Shown in pieces: positions 9,606 to 19,935 of a stretch of 64,000 bases of DNA. The translations under genes and the position numbers were made by a program. This DNA comes from a virus. A model generated the notes under the pieces. The model was not told the origin of the DNA. It searched no databases and saw only the letters and a program-made list of their open reading frames with translations. The stretch is taken from IMG/VR virus record IMGVR_UViG_3300037461_001787, positions 1 to 64,000 of that record; one strand, written 5' to 3'. Positions within the stretch are counted from its first letter, which is position 1, and each line of letters begins with the position of its first letter.

Positions 9606-10014
9606 GGGGAGCAGCGTGGTGCGCCAGATCAAATATTGCGCGGATGGGAAGGATGCGTTGGTGCAGAAAAAGGGATTGGTGCGTGATTTGGTATGCATGA
9701 TCAAGCAGTGCTCGCTTGATAAAGTGGATGCGCATGGGGCTATGATAGATTGCTTTATGCGCGAAGATGCTGCTTATATTTTGGGGAGGATTGAAGGTGC
9801 GCAGGTTCACGAGCTGCAAATCCGCAAAGAAAAATTAGAGGCGTTTTTGCGCGCATTGAGTTGGTACACGGATACTTTTCAGCCGAATACGGGGAAAGGG
9901 TTTCCAGAATTGTACCAAGAGGGGATCTGTCATCTTGAGCGCATCAATACTGAGATTGCGCGGATCATGACACTCCAAGAGGCAGCGGGATCGGCAGTTG
10001 CGCGGGGCAAATGA
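9583..10014 (+). CDS. hypothetical protein
   Basis: ORF continuity; start uncertain. Confidence 0.5.
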   Translation: MFQKTKNEGSSVVRQIKYCADGKDALVQKKGLVRDLVCMIKQCSLDKVDAHGAMIDCFMREDAAYILGRIEGAQVHELQIRKEKLEAFLRALSWYTDTFQPNTGKGFPELYQEGICHLERINTEIARIMTLQEAAGSAVARGK

Positions 10015-10079
10015 TCGAGTTGTTGCGCGGTTCTTTTTCCATTTGAAATTCCAGAAAAAATTGGGGGCTCTTTTCGCGC

Positions 10080-10108
10080 TTGACATATACGGCATAATGC
10101 CGTATTAT
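10080..10108 (+). promoter_or_regulatory. sigma70-like promoter with palindromic operator (P4)
   Basis: TTGACA-17nt-TATTAT; TACGGC-ataat-GCCGTA at 10088-10104. Confidence 0.85.
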
Positions 10109-10147
10109 GGGGGTATAGGGTCAAGCTGCGAGTGAGAGGAGATCGGC

Positions 10148-10948
10148 ATGAACAAACTCAGGAGAGATGCGAGCCGGCAGACAACTAGATTGGATTTGCA
10201 TGTGCACACCCGGGGCTCCGATGGTACGGGTTCGCCTGAGGAGATTATCGCGAAGGCCATTGAGCGGGGACTGGATGGGCTCGTCATTTGCGATCATCAC
10301 CGGACAGTGACTGCCGAGGGTACGCGGGTGATCGAGTTGGGGCGGCAATATGGGCTCATCATGTTGCGCGGGTGCGAGTACAGCACCAAGCAGGGGCATT
10401 GCTTGGTTTACGGTTGCGATGTCGATGCGCTCAATCTCGGGCGCTATCCCGAGATGCAGGCGGTGATTGACGCGGCGGAGCGGGCAGGCGGCGTAGCTTT
10501 CCCGAGTCATCCGTATTACGGCTACCGCGAAACGTGTGGGGACCATGTGCGGCAGCTTCGGGGGTTGGTGGCATTCGAAACATTGAACGGTCAGAATGAA
10601 GTGCGGGCCCGGGAGACAAACGAAAAGGCCGAGGCGGTCGCGCAGGAGATGGGGTTGAGGGGGGTTGGCGGTAGTGATGCGCACAACCCTGAGCAGGTGG
10701 GGCTCATCTATACGGTGTTTTTGGGGTTGGTGCATACAGAGCGCGAGTTGGTCAAGGCGCTTCGCGCGGGGGGTTTTCGGGCACTGCGGAATCGGCGGGT
10801 GATAGAGGGCACAAAGTTGATTCGCTCGAAAGTCTTTCCAGAAAATTCGGTGATGTCACTTCCGGTGAGCAAACCCATTGATCCTCTGTTTTCTGGCCGA
10901 AATGTTTGGGGGGAGGAGATGACTGGCTGGACAAAGCAGCGAAGGTAG
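10148..10948 (+). CDS. PHP-family metal-dependent phosphoesterase
   Basis: DLHVHT, CDHH, GCE, GHCL, SHP and GGSDAH motifs; GAGGAG RBS. Confidence 0.9.
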   Translation: MNKLRRDASRQTTRLDLHVHTRGSDGTGSPEEIIAKAIERGLDGLVICDHHRTVTAEGTRVIELGRQYGLIMLRGCEYSTKQGHCLVYGCDVDALNLGRYPEMQAVIDAAERAGGVAFPSHPYYGYRETCGDHVRQLRGLVAFETLNGQNEVRARETNEKAEAVAQEMGLRGVGGSDAHNPEQVGLIYTVFLGLVHTERELVKALRAGGFRALRNRRVIEGTKLIRSKVFPENSVMSLPVSKPIDPLFSGRNVWGEEMTGWTKQRR

Positions 10949-10963
10949 GGGATTTTAGCGGGC

Positions 10964-12973
10964 ATGAGCCCGAAGAAAATATCACCCCCGTTTTGTAGCC
11001 CTCCAGTGCGAACCCCGGTCAGAGGCCCGGTGCGAACCCCGGTGCGGATTGTTACTACCGCATTGCCCATCCTTGCTGCGAGAAGCATCATCGAGGATGA
11101 CCCGGCGAGTCTTATCCCGGGGTTCAGTCCCGAGGAGTTGTTGAGTGGGGATATCAATGAGGGGGCGTTGCGCGATGAGCGGTTGCTTATTGAGCGGCTG
11201 CGCCGGAAGCTGTTGCGCCTCTCGGACGACCAGCCGTTGGCTGGGATTCCAGAAAATGTCTGTGAGGCGGAGCCGCTGGGTATCGAGCGGATTTTGGCAT
11301 CCCCTCCAGAATTTGCGGTGACCGAGGAGGAGATTGTCGATGCGGTGCGGGATGCGACTGATTCGGACGATCCAGACCCGCATTGGGAAGAGGCGACTTG
11401 GCAGATGATCCGCAGTTCCTGCGCGTTCATGGCGCAGGAGCTTCTCCGCGGTCCGCCCGAGCCGCCCTACAACGGCAAGTTTTTCATCTCAGAGCACCAT
11501 CAAGAATGGGACAAACTTGTGTACGAGTACAAGCGGCTTTGCGTTCTCGCCAGCCGTGACCATGGCAAAACTTATTTCTTCGATTTTGCGTTTCCGATTT
11601 GGCAGATCCTCCGACAGCCGTGGGGGAGCGGTTTCATCTTTAGCGCTACACAGCCGCAAGCCGAGCGTATTCTCGGGGACATCAAGTATGAGATTGAGAC
11701 CAATCCCAAGCTCCAGTGGCTGCTTCCTTCCAGAAAGGACAGATGGTCGAGCACAAGCATCCGAATGAGTAACGGGCATCGCATTTTTGCGCGTGGGTTT
11801 GGGACAAAGGTTAGAGGCGCGCACCCGGATTGGATAGTCTGTGACGACGTGCTCAATGACGAGACGATGTACTCTGAGACGGTGCGGCAGAAACAGATTG
11901 ATTATTTCTACACGGCCATCACCAACATGATTGTGCCAAGCGGGCAGATTGTGGTGGTGGGGACGCCTTTCCATCAGGGCGATCTGTATGCGAGCTTGCG
12001 GGAAAATACGGAGTACCACTTCGAGAAATACCAAGCTCTCGATGCAGAGGGGAAAGCGCTCTGGCCAGACCGTTACAATGAGGAGCTGCTCAAGAGGCGT
12101 AAAGCGGAGATTGGGGCCATCCGGTTCACGCGCGAGTTTCTCTGCGAGCCGATAGCCGATGACATGAGCTTGTTCCCGCAATCGCTCTTTCGCGGGGAGC
12201 CCATTGAGCAGATGGCGCTGACGCTTGGGCTGCCCAAGGAGTATTGGGATAGGTTGGGAGTGCGGATTTTCATCGGAGTTGATTTTGCCATGAGTTCAAG
12301 CGTGCAGGCGGATTACACGGTCATCTTTATCATGGGGCTGGACAAGTTTGGCAATCGGTGGGTCATCGACATCATCCGCGAAAAGGGATTGCCCTATCAG
12401 GAGCAGTTGAGCCTCATCAACGGGGTGGGGCGCAAGTATGATCCTGCGCTTATTTTTCTGGAATCGAATCAGATGCAGCGCATCTTTGGAGACGAGCTGA
12501 TCCGCTTGACGGATCTGCCGATCAAGGAGTTTATAACCGGTGTCCAGAAAAACAGTTTGGACAAGGGAGTGCCCAGTTTACGGGTGCTTTTGGAGAATAA
12601 AAAATTTCGTATTCCTCGTGGGGATAAGCGTTCTGTGGAGTTGACCGAGACGTGGATTTCGGAGATGCGGAGCTTTACTTGGTCTGAGGGCAAACTTCAA
12701 TCTGTAGGGGGTCATGATGATACGGTGATGGCGTGCTGGATTTGCGATCAAGCAGTCAGGCACGGTGGATTTGAATTCAGTTTTGGCGAGGAGTACAAGG
12801 CGCTCAGCCCAAGCGAGATGGCGGAGTTGATGAAAGAGTTGACTGGGGAGGAGCCGGCGAAGAAAAATAAGGGCAACGGAAAAGATGCAGAGCCTACAAG
12901 CATGCCTGCGAATTTGGTGCCGGATGAAGCGAGTGGCGCAAGCTGGGCAATAACAGACGTTGGCCGGTACTAG
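10964..12973 (+). CDS. terL: terminase large subunit
   Basis: Walker A ASRDHGKT, RGAHPD.IVCDD Walker B, VGTP coupling motif, RNase H-like nuclease IGVDFA...D, HDDTVMA. Start uncertain. Confidence 0.93.
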   Translation: MSPKKISPPFCSPPVRTPVRGPVRTPVRIVTTALPILAARSIIEDDPASLIPGFSPEELLSGDINEGALRDERLLIERLRRKLLRLSDDQPLAGIPENVCEAEPLGIERILASPPEFAVTEEEIVDAVRDATDSDDPDPHWEEATWQMIRSSCAFMAQELLRGPPEPPYNGKFFISEHHQEWDKLVYEYKRLCVLASRDHGKTYFFDFAFPIWQILRQPWGSGFIFSATQPQAERILGDIKYEIETNPKLQWLLPSRKDRWSSTSIRMSNGHRIFARGFGTKVRGAHPDWIVCDDVLNDETMYSETVRQKQIDYFYTAITNMIVPSGQIVVVGTPFHQGDLYASLRENTEYHFEKYQALDAEGKALWPDRYNEELLKRRKAEIGAIRFTREFLCEPIADDMSLFPQSLFRGEPIEQMALTLGLPKEYWDRLGVRIFIGVDFAMSSSVQADYTVIFIMGLDKFGNRWVIDIIREKGLPYQEQLSLINGVGRKYDPALIFLESNQMQRIFGDELIRLTDLPIKEFITGVQKNSLDKGVPSLRVLLENKKFRIPRGDKRSVELTETWISEMRSFTWSEGKLQSVGGHDDTVMACWICDQAVRHGGFEFSFGEEYKALSPSEMAELMKELTGEEPAKKNKGNGKDAEPTSMPANLVPDEASGASWAITDVGRY

Positions 12974-13096
12974 AGCTGGGCGGAAAACGTGGATACGGGT
13001 AGAGTGAAGGAAGCAACATGGGGGCTGAGCAGCGGAAGGCGATTGTGCTCGCTCTCATCGTCAGAAGTTGCTCAGCCCCCTTTAGAGGGCCAAGTC

Positions 13097-13303
13097 ATGG
13101 CGGATATCCATTTTGTGCGTGTGACCATTCAGCCGAGTGGTTGCGAGCTGGATCTGGCTGCACACGATTTACCGGCTGCGCGTTTGATTTCGGAGTACCT
13201 CCAGATCAAAGGCGTTGAGTGCCGGATGCAGACCCGGTTTTTTCACGACGGGGAAAAGTGCCCGACTTGCGGACGGGAGATAGCGGAGGGTGTAAATGCG
13301 TAA
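13097..13303 (+). CDS. hypothetical protein with CPTC motif
   Basis: GAGGG RBS with ATG. Confidence 0.45.
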   Translation: MADIHFVRVTIQPSGCELDLAAHDLPAARLISEYLQIKGVECRMQTRFFHDGEKCPTCGREIAEGVNA

Positions 13304-13468
13304 GGGGCAGATAAGTTTGGTGGCGTTGTTGACACTGTTGGCGGCAATGGTTCTTATTTGGGCGATGGTATCCCAGAAATTGGACATCCAGGCAAAGCGA
13401 TTGGCGGAGATTGAATCACGCGCGTGCAGTTGCCCGCCTGCGTTACTTCCATGACTGCGAGGTGCTGA

Positions 13469-13948
13469 ATGCTGATTTCAGAAGAAGGCGCATGCCAACA
13501 GATTCAGGAGCTGTCAAAAATCCCGGACAATTTGGTGGAAGCTGCGCATCGATTTGCCGATCGGTTGTGCTGCCCGCATTGCGAGGGCAGGGGCGGTTGG
13601 GCTGCGAAGGATGCTCCGGCAGTGTTGGATTGCATCCATTGCAATGGCAAGGGTTGGTTGAGGCGAAAGACGTTAGAAGAGCGCTTGACAGAGGCGGGGA
13701 AATACGTGCCTGCGAATTTCGCGGTGTTGCTTGGGGCGCTTATCGCTCATGCTGATTTTTTGGGGCTGCAGCGCGTGTGGCATTGGGATGAGCAGAAGAG
13801 GGACGGCATTGGGTGGGTTGTGACGCTTTGGCCGCGTAAGCTTTGGCGTTACCATACGCAACCGAAGGCATCCATCATCGAGGCAATTCTGGACGCTCTC
13901 CAGTATTTGGAAAATCCAATCGAGCCGCGGGGGATCAGTGACGGTTGA
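13469..13948 (+). CDS. hypothetical protein with CxxCxGxG Zn-finger repeats
   Basis: CPHCEGRG and CIHCNGKG (DnaJ-type Zn-finger motifs). Confidence 0.65.
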   Translation: MLISEEGACQQIQELSKIPDNLVEAAHRFADRLCCPHCEGRGGWAAKDAPAVLDCIHCNGKGWLRRKTLEERLTEAGKYVPANFAVLLGALIAHADFLGLQRVWHWDEQKRDGIGWVVTLWPRKLWRYHTQPKASIIEAILDALQYLENPIEPRGISDG

Positions 13949-14321
13949 CATTATTCAGAATTTACTTCGAGTGGTTGATGAACAAGTCACTAACTCCACT
14001 TTGTGGCGTGTGGATAAATCCGCGCAGTCTGCGTTGCTGGCCAGGGAAATTCAGCGGCTGCATGAGATGATTTTCCAGCTACAAGATTGGGAGGCGCGAT
14101 TGGCTGATGCGGAGCGGGAGCTGGAGGCAGCGCGGCGAGCGTTGCACACGATTGGGATCGAGGAAGCAAAGCTGCGTTACGAGTTGGGGTTGATGCGGAG
14201 CGCATTCATGGTTTATGGGGCGCATTGCACGCCATGCTTTGGTGTGCCGTGCAATTGTGGATTCGAACATGAGCAGAATCGAGCGCGCGCTGGATTGCTG
14301 CGCAACGGCATAAGCGTCTGA
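13938..14321 (+). CDS. hypothetical coiled-coil protein
   Basis: Operon packing; HC...C.CG C-terminus. Confidence 0.55.
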   Translation: MTVDIIQNLLRVVDEQVTNSTLWRVDKSAQSALLAREIQRLHEMIFQLQDWEARLADAERELEAARRALHTIGIEEAKLRYELGLMRSAFMVYGAHCTPCFGVPCNCGFEHEQNRARAGLLRNGISV

Positions 14322-14393
14322 CCGGTGGGGGTTGTCTTTTCCGGGTTGGGCGCCGATACTGGCATCCAGAACCAGCTAAGAGGAGTGAACGAC

Positions 14394-15557
14394 ATGCCGG
14401 CGAACGTGGTCCATTCCGCGGAGCAAGAACGTTTGTGGGAAAAAGCCAAGGCCCAGGCCGAGGAGCAGGGACGGGCCAAGGATTGGCAGTACATCATGGG
14501 CATCTTCAAGCGTATGGGTGGGCTCGAAAAGAGCTATGTTGTCCCATCGCGTTTCAGGGCATCCACGGTACCCGGACAGGTGCCTAGTCGAGAGCGTTTG
14601 GCGGCGATGCGCGAGCAGCGTGATCTGGAGCAAATGCCCCGGCGGCCTGACCTCGTGCAGCTGTTGCAGAACACGGACCCGATGGGTTCTGCATCGAGCG
14701 TGGTTCGAGGTCTCGGTTTCGATGCGCGGGCTTCTGGAAGCTGGGAGCGGTTTCTGGAAAAGGCGGCGGCTTCTGCGCCCAATGAGCTGGTGCTGCGCCA
14801 GGCCGTTGTCGCGCAAGCGCGGGAAGACCATCTGCAACCGGAGCTGCGCCAGGCCATTCTGGAACGGGCGCTGTCTTTCTGGAGAACAATGCGCAAGTCG
14901 ATGGTGCAGGTGGTGACGGTTGATGAGCTGAAAAAGGCAGGACCCTACGCAAATGCGGGCATGCAAAAGGCGTCGCCTCCTGAGACATGGACGGTGGAGA
15001 TCGATTGCTCGCCAGCCGGCGCGCAGTCGCTTGTCAAGCTCATTGGGAAGGTCAAGCAATTGGGCAATCCAGGGCATTCGTTTGGCATCGTTCTCGACCC
15101 GGACAACGCCAAAGAGCAGGCGGGTTGGGATGGCGATGGGCCTGAGCGTATTTTCGAAATTCGGACACGCAAATCACAGCCGTTCCAGAAAAGCGATCCG
15201 CGTGGCGGCGCTTACCATCGCCGGGTCCCTCAAGAGGGCGGTGGTTATCGTTACATCTACGATCCGGAGAAGTATCAGGCTCGATCGGATGCGCATGTGG
15301 ATGGCCGCGAAGCGCGCAAAGCGTATCTGCATTCGCGGATCGCCCGCGAGGTTGAAGGCTGTGGGCTAGATGGTTGTGACCCGCAGATGGTGTTGGAAAA
15401 ATTTTCTGGAAAATTCTCAGCTGAGGAAATCAAGGAGGCGTTCAAGAGCGGTTGCGGCGGAAAGCTGGAATTCAAAAAGGGGCGGTTCTATGTTAGGGCT
15501 GGTGCCACTGAGGCCACCGCGAAGTCGGTACAGGGTAAGTTTTGCATAAGGAGATAA
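14394..15557 (+). CDS. putative head-associated multidomain protein with several x-x-K|S/A sites
   Basis: AGGAG RBS; lies between terminase and portal; LEKS, LEKA, MRKS, LKKA, MQKA and FQKS sites. Confidence 0.75.
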   Translation: MPANVVHSAEQERLWEKAKAQAEEQGRAKDWQYIMGIFKRMGGLEKSYVVPSRFRASTVPGQVPSRERLAAMREQRDLEQMPRRPDLVQLLQNTDPMGSASSVVRGLGFDARASGSWERFLEKAAASAPNELVLRQAVVAQAREDHLQPELRQAILERALSFWRTMRKSMVQVVTVDELKKAGPYANAGMQKASPPETWTVEIDCSPAGAQSLVKLIGKVKQLGNPGHSFGIVLDPDNAKEQAGWDGDGPERIFEIRTRKSQPFQKSDPRGGAYHRRVPQEGGGYRYIYDPEKYQARSDAHVDGREARKAYLHSRIAREVEGCGLDGCDPQMVLEKFSGKFSAEEIKEAFKSGCGGKLEFKKGRFYVRAGATEATAKSVQGKFCIRR

Positions 15558-15559
15558 GC

Positions 15560-17830
15560 ATGGCGGCGCGGTTTTTTCTGCGGTCGGAGTTGCGTAAAGC
15601 GCAGGGCCCTTTCATCGGGCCGAAGGGCGGCAAATGGGCTGATGCGGCGCATACCATCCCCTGGAAGGAACCCGGTGCTGCGGGGGGTGGTGCAGGCAAT
15701 GCTTTGGTGGCTCAGGGGGACAAGCTCATCAGCGAGCTGAGTCATTATCTGAGCGGCAAGGGCAAAGGCATATCACCGCAGGACTACGACAATCTCGATA
15801 CGGTAGTGGGGCAGTTGCGTGATACTCGGGATCAGCTCAAGACTGCAACCGATAAGGCGCATCAAAAAATGCAGTCTACTGGGGACCAGGATGATGCAGA
15901 GCATGCCAATCACCTTGCGCACGCTCTGCATCGGGTGGAGACGGCGCTGGGGATCAAGAAGCCTTCTGCGTCGTCTGTGCCGAAAGCGGATGTGCCGAAG
16001 CCGAAGGCGGCCAAGCAGGCACCTATTGGCAAGGCCAATGAGCACAACATCGATGCGGTGCCGGCGGGCATGGCCCGCGCTTGGCATCAACGTTGGAAGA
16101 ACGGGATCACGCCGGAGCCAATTTCCGGAACTTTGCACAAGCAGATCGCGAATTATCTGGTTCGCCATCATGATCGGGGGATGAATGCCGAAGACCACAT
16201 GGCGGCGGCAAAGTTCCATGAGCAGTACGGCGACGATGTTTATTCTGGAGAGAAGCTCCCCAGTCTGCCGCACAAACTCGCGCGCAGTCAGCGGCGGCAT
16301 TTGCATTCGACGCTTGCCAATCTGCATGAGAAGATGGCCACGAATCCAGATTTTGTGGGCAAGGTCTACGCGATCGCTGGAAAGAAGCCCAAAGTGAAAA
16401 AGTCATTTTCAGGATTGGACGGCATACAAGAGTACGCAAACAATTCTCGGTTTGAGGAGGTTGAGATGGGACAGGACTTTTTGAAAAAGGGATTTCCGCC
16501 TCCGGTGGCTTCGTCTCCGGCGGCTCCAGCAATGGCGGGCGGCGCTGCACAGGGTGGTAGTTCGATTCGGCGTTGGAAGGGGCCTGCAGGGAAATGGCTC
16601 TATGAGCACGACAACCCCGATCACAAGGCAGCTATCGATGCGTCCAATGCTGCCGAGACCAATCCGGGGACAGCGGGAGACCTCATCAACGCGCATCAGG
16701 CCGCAGCGGCTGCGCACCTCAAGGCTGCCCAGTCGATGCATCAGGATCCACAGGCGGCAGCGGAGCACGCGCAGGTTGCTGCCGATCATGCAAAGGCGGC
16801 GGCTGTGGTGCACGCGAATTATTTCACAGGCAAGGATGCGGCGGGCGCATCCGCGCAACCGGGACAGGCGCCAGTAGCGTCTGCGCCCGGGCAGCAACCG
16901 GGTACGGCACCTGCACAGCCTCCGATGCCGGGGAAATCGATTGCTCCGGGACAGACGCCAGTACCCCCGACGGACATGAAGACCACACCCAGCAACCCGG
17001 GCGGAGGTCAGCCCCCAATCGCGCCGTCTCAGCCGGGTGGGGCGATTCCGCCCGCAAAGTCGCAAGCAGAAAAAATGAAAAAGTTCCAGAAATCGATCGA
17101 TGGGATTGATGGGCTGAGTGCATATCTGGCCAAGGCCCAGGGCATGCCTGAGGGTGGCCCGCAGGAGCAGCTCGGTACGGGCGAAGAGCAGGGCGGCAAA
17201 GTCGATGGTGTGGGTCAGCAGTCAGGCGATGGCGATTCAGGCGGCAAAGGTTCCGGCGCGCCGGGTGTTGCGCATGAGAAATTGTCAGAAGACGACGAGG
17301 AAGACGAAGGGCAGATGAAGCCGCACAAAAAGCCGATCGAGACTGCGAAGTCGATGGCGGTGCCTGCCCATCAGCGGGAGATGGTTGCCCGTGAGCATGC
17401 TGTTGCGGTCTCGCAGCTCCAGAAAAGCGATGACGTGGTTGTAGGCTTGGGGGTCGGGCGCAAGCTCCCTCTCTCTGCGCCCGTTCCCCGGGCCATTTCT
17501 TGGCGGCAAGGCAAAGATGGTTTTGTGACCTACTCGAATCAAAGCGATTTGGATGTGGAGCGGCTGACCAAATCGGGCGAGTTTTACGTTGGCGATGCTC
17601 CCCAGATTTCACGGGTCGCACCACTTGTTGCGCAACAAGTCCAATGCCCGAGCTGTCAGAGTCGGATGGCGAAGTCGCTTGCGGTTTGCCCGGAATGCGG
17701 GGAAGGCGCCCAGCGCGCGGTGCCAAGGGTTATTTCGGATGGGGAGAGTGCTCCCAAGAGCGAGTACAACCGCCCGGGTCTGTTGCGGCCGGCGCGTCAC
17801 CGCGGAGATATTTACTTCCCGGGGAAGTGA
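15560..17830 (+). CDS. putative head-internal polyprotein (tag motif, His/Ala-rich helices, Pro/Gly-rich region, C-terminal Zn ribbon)
   Basis: AAGGAG RBS; LRK|AQGPFIGPKGGKWADAAHTIPW tag; CPSC..CPEC; many K|S sites. Confidence 0.8.
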   Translation: MAARFFLRSELRKAQGPFIGPKGGKWADAAHTIPWKEPGAAGGGAGNALVAQGDKLISELSHYLSGKGKGISPQDYDNLDTVVGQLRDTRDQLKTATDKAHQKMQSTGDQDDAEHANHLAHALHRVETALGIKKPSASSVPKADVPKPKAAKQAPIGKANEHNIDAVPAGMARAWHQRWKNGITPEPISGTLHKQIANYLVRHHDRGMNAEDHMAAAKFHEQYGDDVYSGEKLPSLPHKLARSQRRHLHSTLANLHEKMATNPDFVGKVYAIAGKKPKVKKSFSGLDGIQEYANNSRFEEVEMGQDFLKKGFPPPVASSPAAPAMAGGAAQGGSSIRRWKGPAGKWLYEHDNPDHKAAIDASNAAETNPGTAGDLINAHQAAAAAHLKAAQSMHQDPQAAAEHAQVAADHAKAAAVVHANYFTGKDAAGASAQPGQAPVASAPGQQPGTAPAQPPMPGKSIAPGQTPVPPTDMKTTPSNPGGGQPPIAPSQPGGAIPPAKSQAEKMKKFQKSIDGIDGLSAYLAKAQGMPEGGPQEQLGTGEEQGGKVDGVGQQSGDGDSGGKGSGAPGVAHEKLSEDDEEDEGQMKPHKKPIETAKSMAVPAHQREMVAREHAVAVSQLQKSDDVVVGLGVGRKLPLSAPVPRAISWRQGKDGFVTYSNQSDLDVERLTKSGEFYVGDAPQISRVAPLVAQQVQCPSCQSRMAKSLAVCPECGEGAQRAVPRVISDGESAPKSEYNRPGLLRPARHRGDIYFPGK

Positions 17831-17839
17831 GGAAGCTCG

Positions 17840-19510
17840 ATGGGCATGCTCGACAATTTGCAGCGGCTGGGGTGGAGTGCAGCTCAGCTCGCTGCGGCTG
17901 GATTCCAGAAAGCGGCAACGGCGCTTGCCCCTATGCCGACTGATGATGGCGCAGATACGATTCCGGGCGGCATGAATGCGGATACTGCGTTGACAAATCC
18001 GGTGCCGACCGAGAAGGCGGAAAAGGATCCGAAGGCGTTATTTTTTGATCCTTTCGCTATCATCGAGCAGTTGGGGTTCAAAGACCGTCCTTCCATGGTC
18101 ACTTATGGGACGCTCAAAGCGATCATGTGGCGCGTGCCGATCGTGCAGGCTATCGTGCAGACGCGCATTCAACAGATAGCGGCGTTTTGCCGACCGCAGC
18201 ACGATCGGTACCAATTGGGGTATCGATTGAAGCTGCGTGAGCAGGAGAAAGAGCCTAGTCGCATCGAGCGGCAATGGATGACGCAAATGGAAGGGATCAT
18301 CAATCGCACGGGCGTGACCGATAACCCGCGCGGTCGAGATAGCTTCGAGCGGTTTCTGCGGAAGATTGCCTGGGACAGCATGGTGTACGATCAAATGTGC
18401 TTTGAAGTTGTCCCGAATAAGCGAGGTCAGCCCGCTGAGTGGTATGCGGTCGATGCGGCAACGATTCGACTGGCCGATAGCGCGAGCACGTATCTCAATG
18501 AGGATCTCGATACGGCCATTCGCTACGTCCAGATTTACGACGGGATGATTATCGCCGAGTATACTTGCGATGAGTTGTGCTTTGCCATCCGCAATCCGCG
18601 GACGGACATCAAGCTCCATGGCTACGGAGTGAGCGAGCTTGAGATGCTCATCCCGACGGTGACCAGCATCCTCTACGCTTTCGACTATAACCAAAAGTTC
18701 TTCAGCCAGGGCAGCGCAGCGAAGGGCATCATCAATTTCAAAGGCACGGTTCCAGAAAAACAGTTGCAGGCTTTTCGGCGCCATTGGTATCAAATGCTGA
18801 GCGGAGTCGAGAACGCTTGGCGGACGCCGATCACAAACTCCGACGAGCTGCAGTATGTCAATCTGCAGCAGTCCAGCCGCGACATGGAATTCAACGCCTA
18901 TATGGATTTTCTGATCAAGATCACCTGCGCGATTTACACAATCGATCCGGCGGAAATCAATTTCAAGTATGGCAACGTTGGTCAGAAATCAGGCCTGCAA
19001 GAGTCGTCCAACAAAGAGAAGGTGGTCGAATCGAAAGAACGCGGTTTGCGCCCGTTGTTGCGCGGTATCGCCCAGGCGATCAACCAGTACATCATCTGGC
19101 CGATCAACGAGGAGTTCGAGTTTGACTTTGTTGGGTTGGACGCCAAAACGAAAGATGAGATCGCCGACCTCAACATGAAGCGCGTGAAAAGCTTTTGCAC
19201 AGTGGACGAAATCCGTGCAGAAGACGATCTGCCTCCGTTGCCGAATGGCGGGGGAGAATTGTTGCTGGATCCCACCTGGCTGCAATTCAACGCGCAGAAG
19301 CAAGCGATGTCGCAGGGCGGGATGCCCGGGGCTGGATCGCAGATGGGCGAAGGCGATTCTGATATCTCTCCCGATGGCACAACACCGGGGAATGGAAATC
19401 CGATCGACTTCGATTCGCTCATCCGTCAGTATGATCAACAGGGCGCAGATGACGGCGCTTTGGCGGACGAGGCCAGCAAGTCAACGCGCAAGTGGATTGT
19501 GAACCTCTAA
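17840..19510 (+). CDS. portal protein
   Basis: YDQ..FE.V, VDA.TIR, NPRTD...GYG.SELE, FFSQG...KG, DMEF...AIY.IDP.EI.F, SK.RGL.PLL motifs typical of SPO1/Twort-like portals. Confidence 0.93.
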   Translation: MGMLDNLQRLGWSAAQLAAAGFQKAATALAPMPTDDGADTIPGGMNADTALTNPVPTEKAEKDPKALFFDPFAIIEQLGFKDRPSMVTYGTLKAIMWRVPIVQAIVQTRIQQIAAFCRPQHDRYQLGYRLKLREQEKEPSRIERQWMTQMEGIINRTGVTDNPRGRDSFERFLRKIAWDSMVYDQMCFEVVPNKRGQPAEWYAVDAATIRLADSASTYLNEDLDTAIRYVQIYDGMIIAEYTCDELCFAIRNPRTDIKLHGYGVSELEMLIPTVTSILYAFDYNQKFFSQGSAAKGIINFKGTVPEKQLQAFRRHWYQMLSGVENAWRTPITNSDELQYVNLQQSSRDMEFNAYMDFLIKITCAIYTIDPAEINFKYGNVGQKSGLQESSNKEKVVESKERGLRPLLRGIAQAINQYIIWPINEEFEFDFVGLDAKTKDEIADLNMKRVKSFCTVDEIRAEDDLPPLPNGGGELLLDPTWLQFNAQKQAMSQGGMPGAGSQMGEGDSDISPDGTTPGNGNPIDFDSLIRQYDQQGADDGALADEASKSTRKWIVNL

Positions 19511-19520
19511 GGAGATCGAT

Positions 19521-19910
19521 ATGCGACTGAGGCACAAAGTTATCGTGAAGGTATCCGACGATGCCGACATGAAGGATTTGCTGTTTGCGACAGATGAGCA
19601 GCTCGCCGAGGTGATTATTGACAGTTGGACCAAATCGCTATCGGGTAAGGTTACTGTAGCGATGAACACTGCCGAGAATCTCTGCTTGGGCGATATCGCC
19701 TTGGTCAAAGGGATCTACCTCAAGGCCAACAAGGACGTTACGATCAAGCTCAATGGGAGCGCAGATCCGATCGTGCTCAAGCGCTCGGGGACCTCCACCA
19801 ATCATTTCGCCAAACTCTTTTTAGAAGCTGCCATCACCCAGGTCAATATTGCTGCGCCAGCGACAGAGGATGCGGCGATTGTTTACTGCATTTGGGGTGT
19901 GGATAGCTAA
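19521..19910 (+). CDS. hypothetical virion-associated beta-rich protein
   Basis: AAGGAG RBS; directly after the portal. Confidence 0.7.
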   Translation: MRLRHKVIVKVSDDADMKDLLFATDEQLAEVIIDSWTKSLSGKVTVAMNTAENLCLGDIALVKGIYLKANKDVTIKLNGSADPIVLKRSGTSTNHFAKLFLEAAITQVNIAAPATEDAAIVYCIWGVDS

Positions 19911-19935
19911 GCGCGCGCAGCGCAGGGAGATGTCG

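Noticed and set aside
10990-11050. PVRT/PVRG repeats at the terminase N-terminus
   Set aside because: A short low-complexity 12-nt repeat in a region where the start codon is uncertain; no functional evidence.
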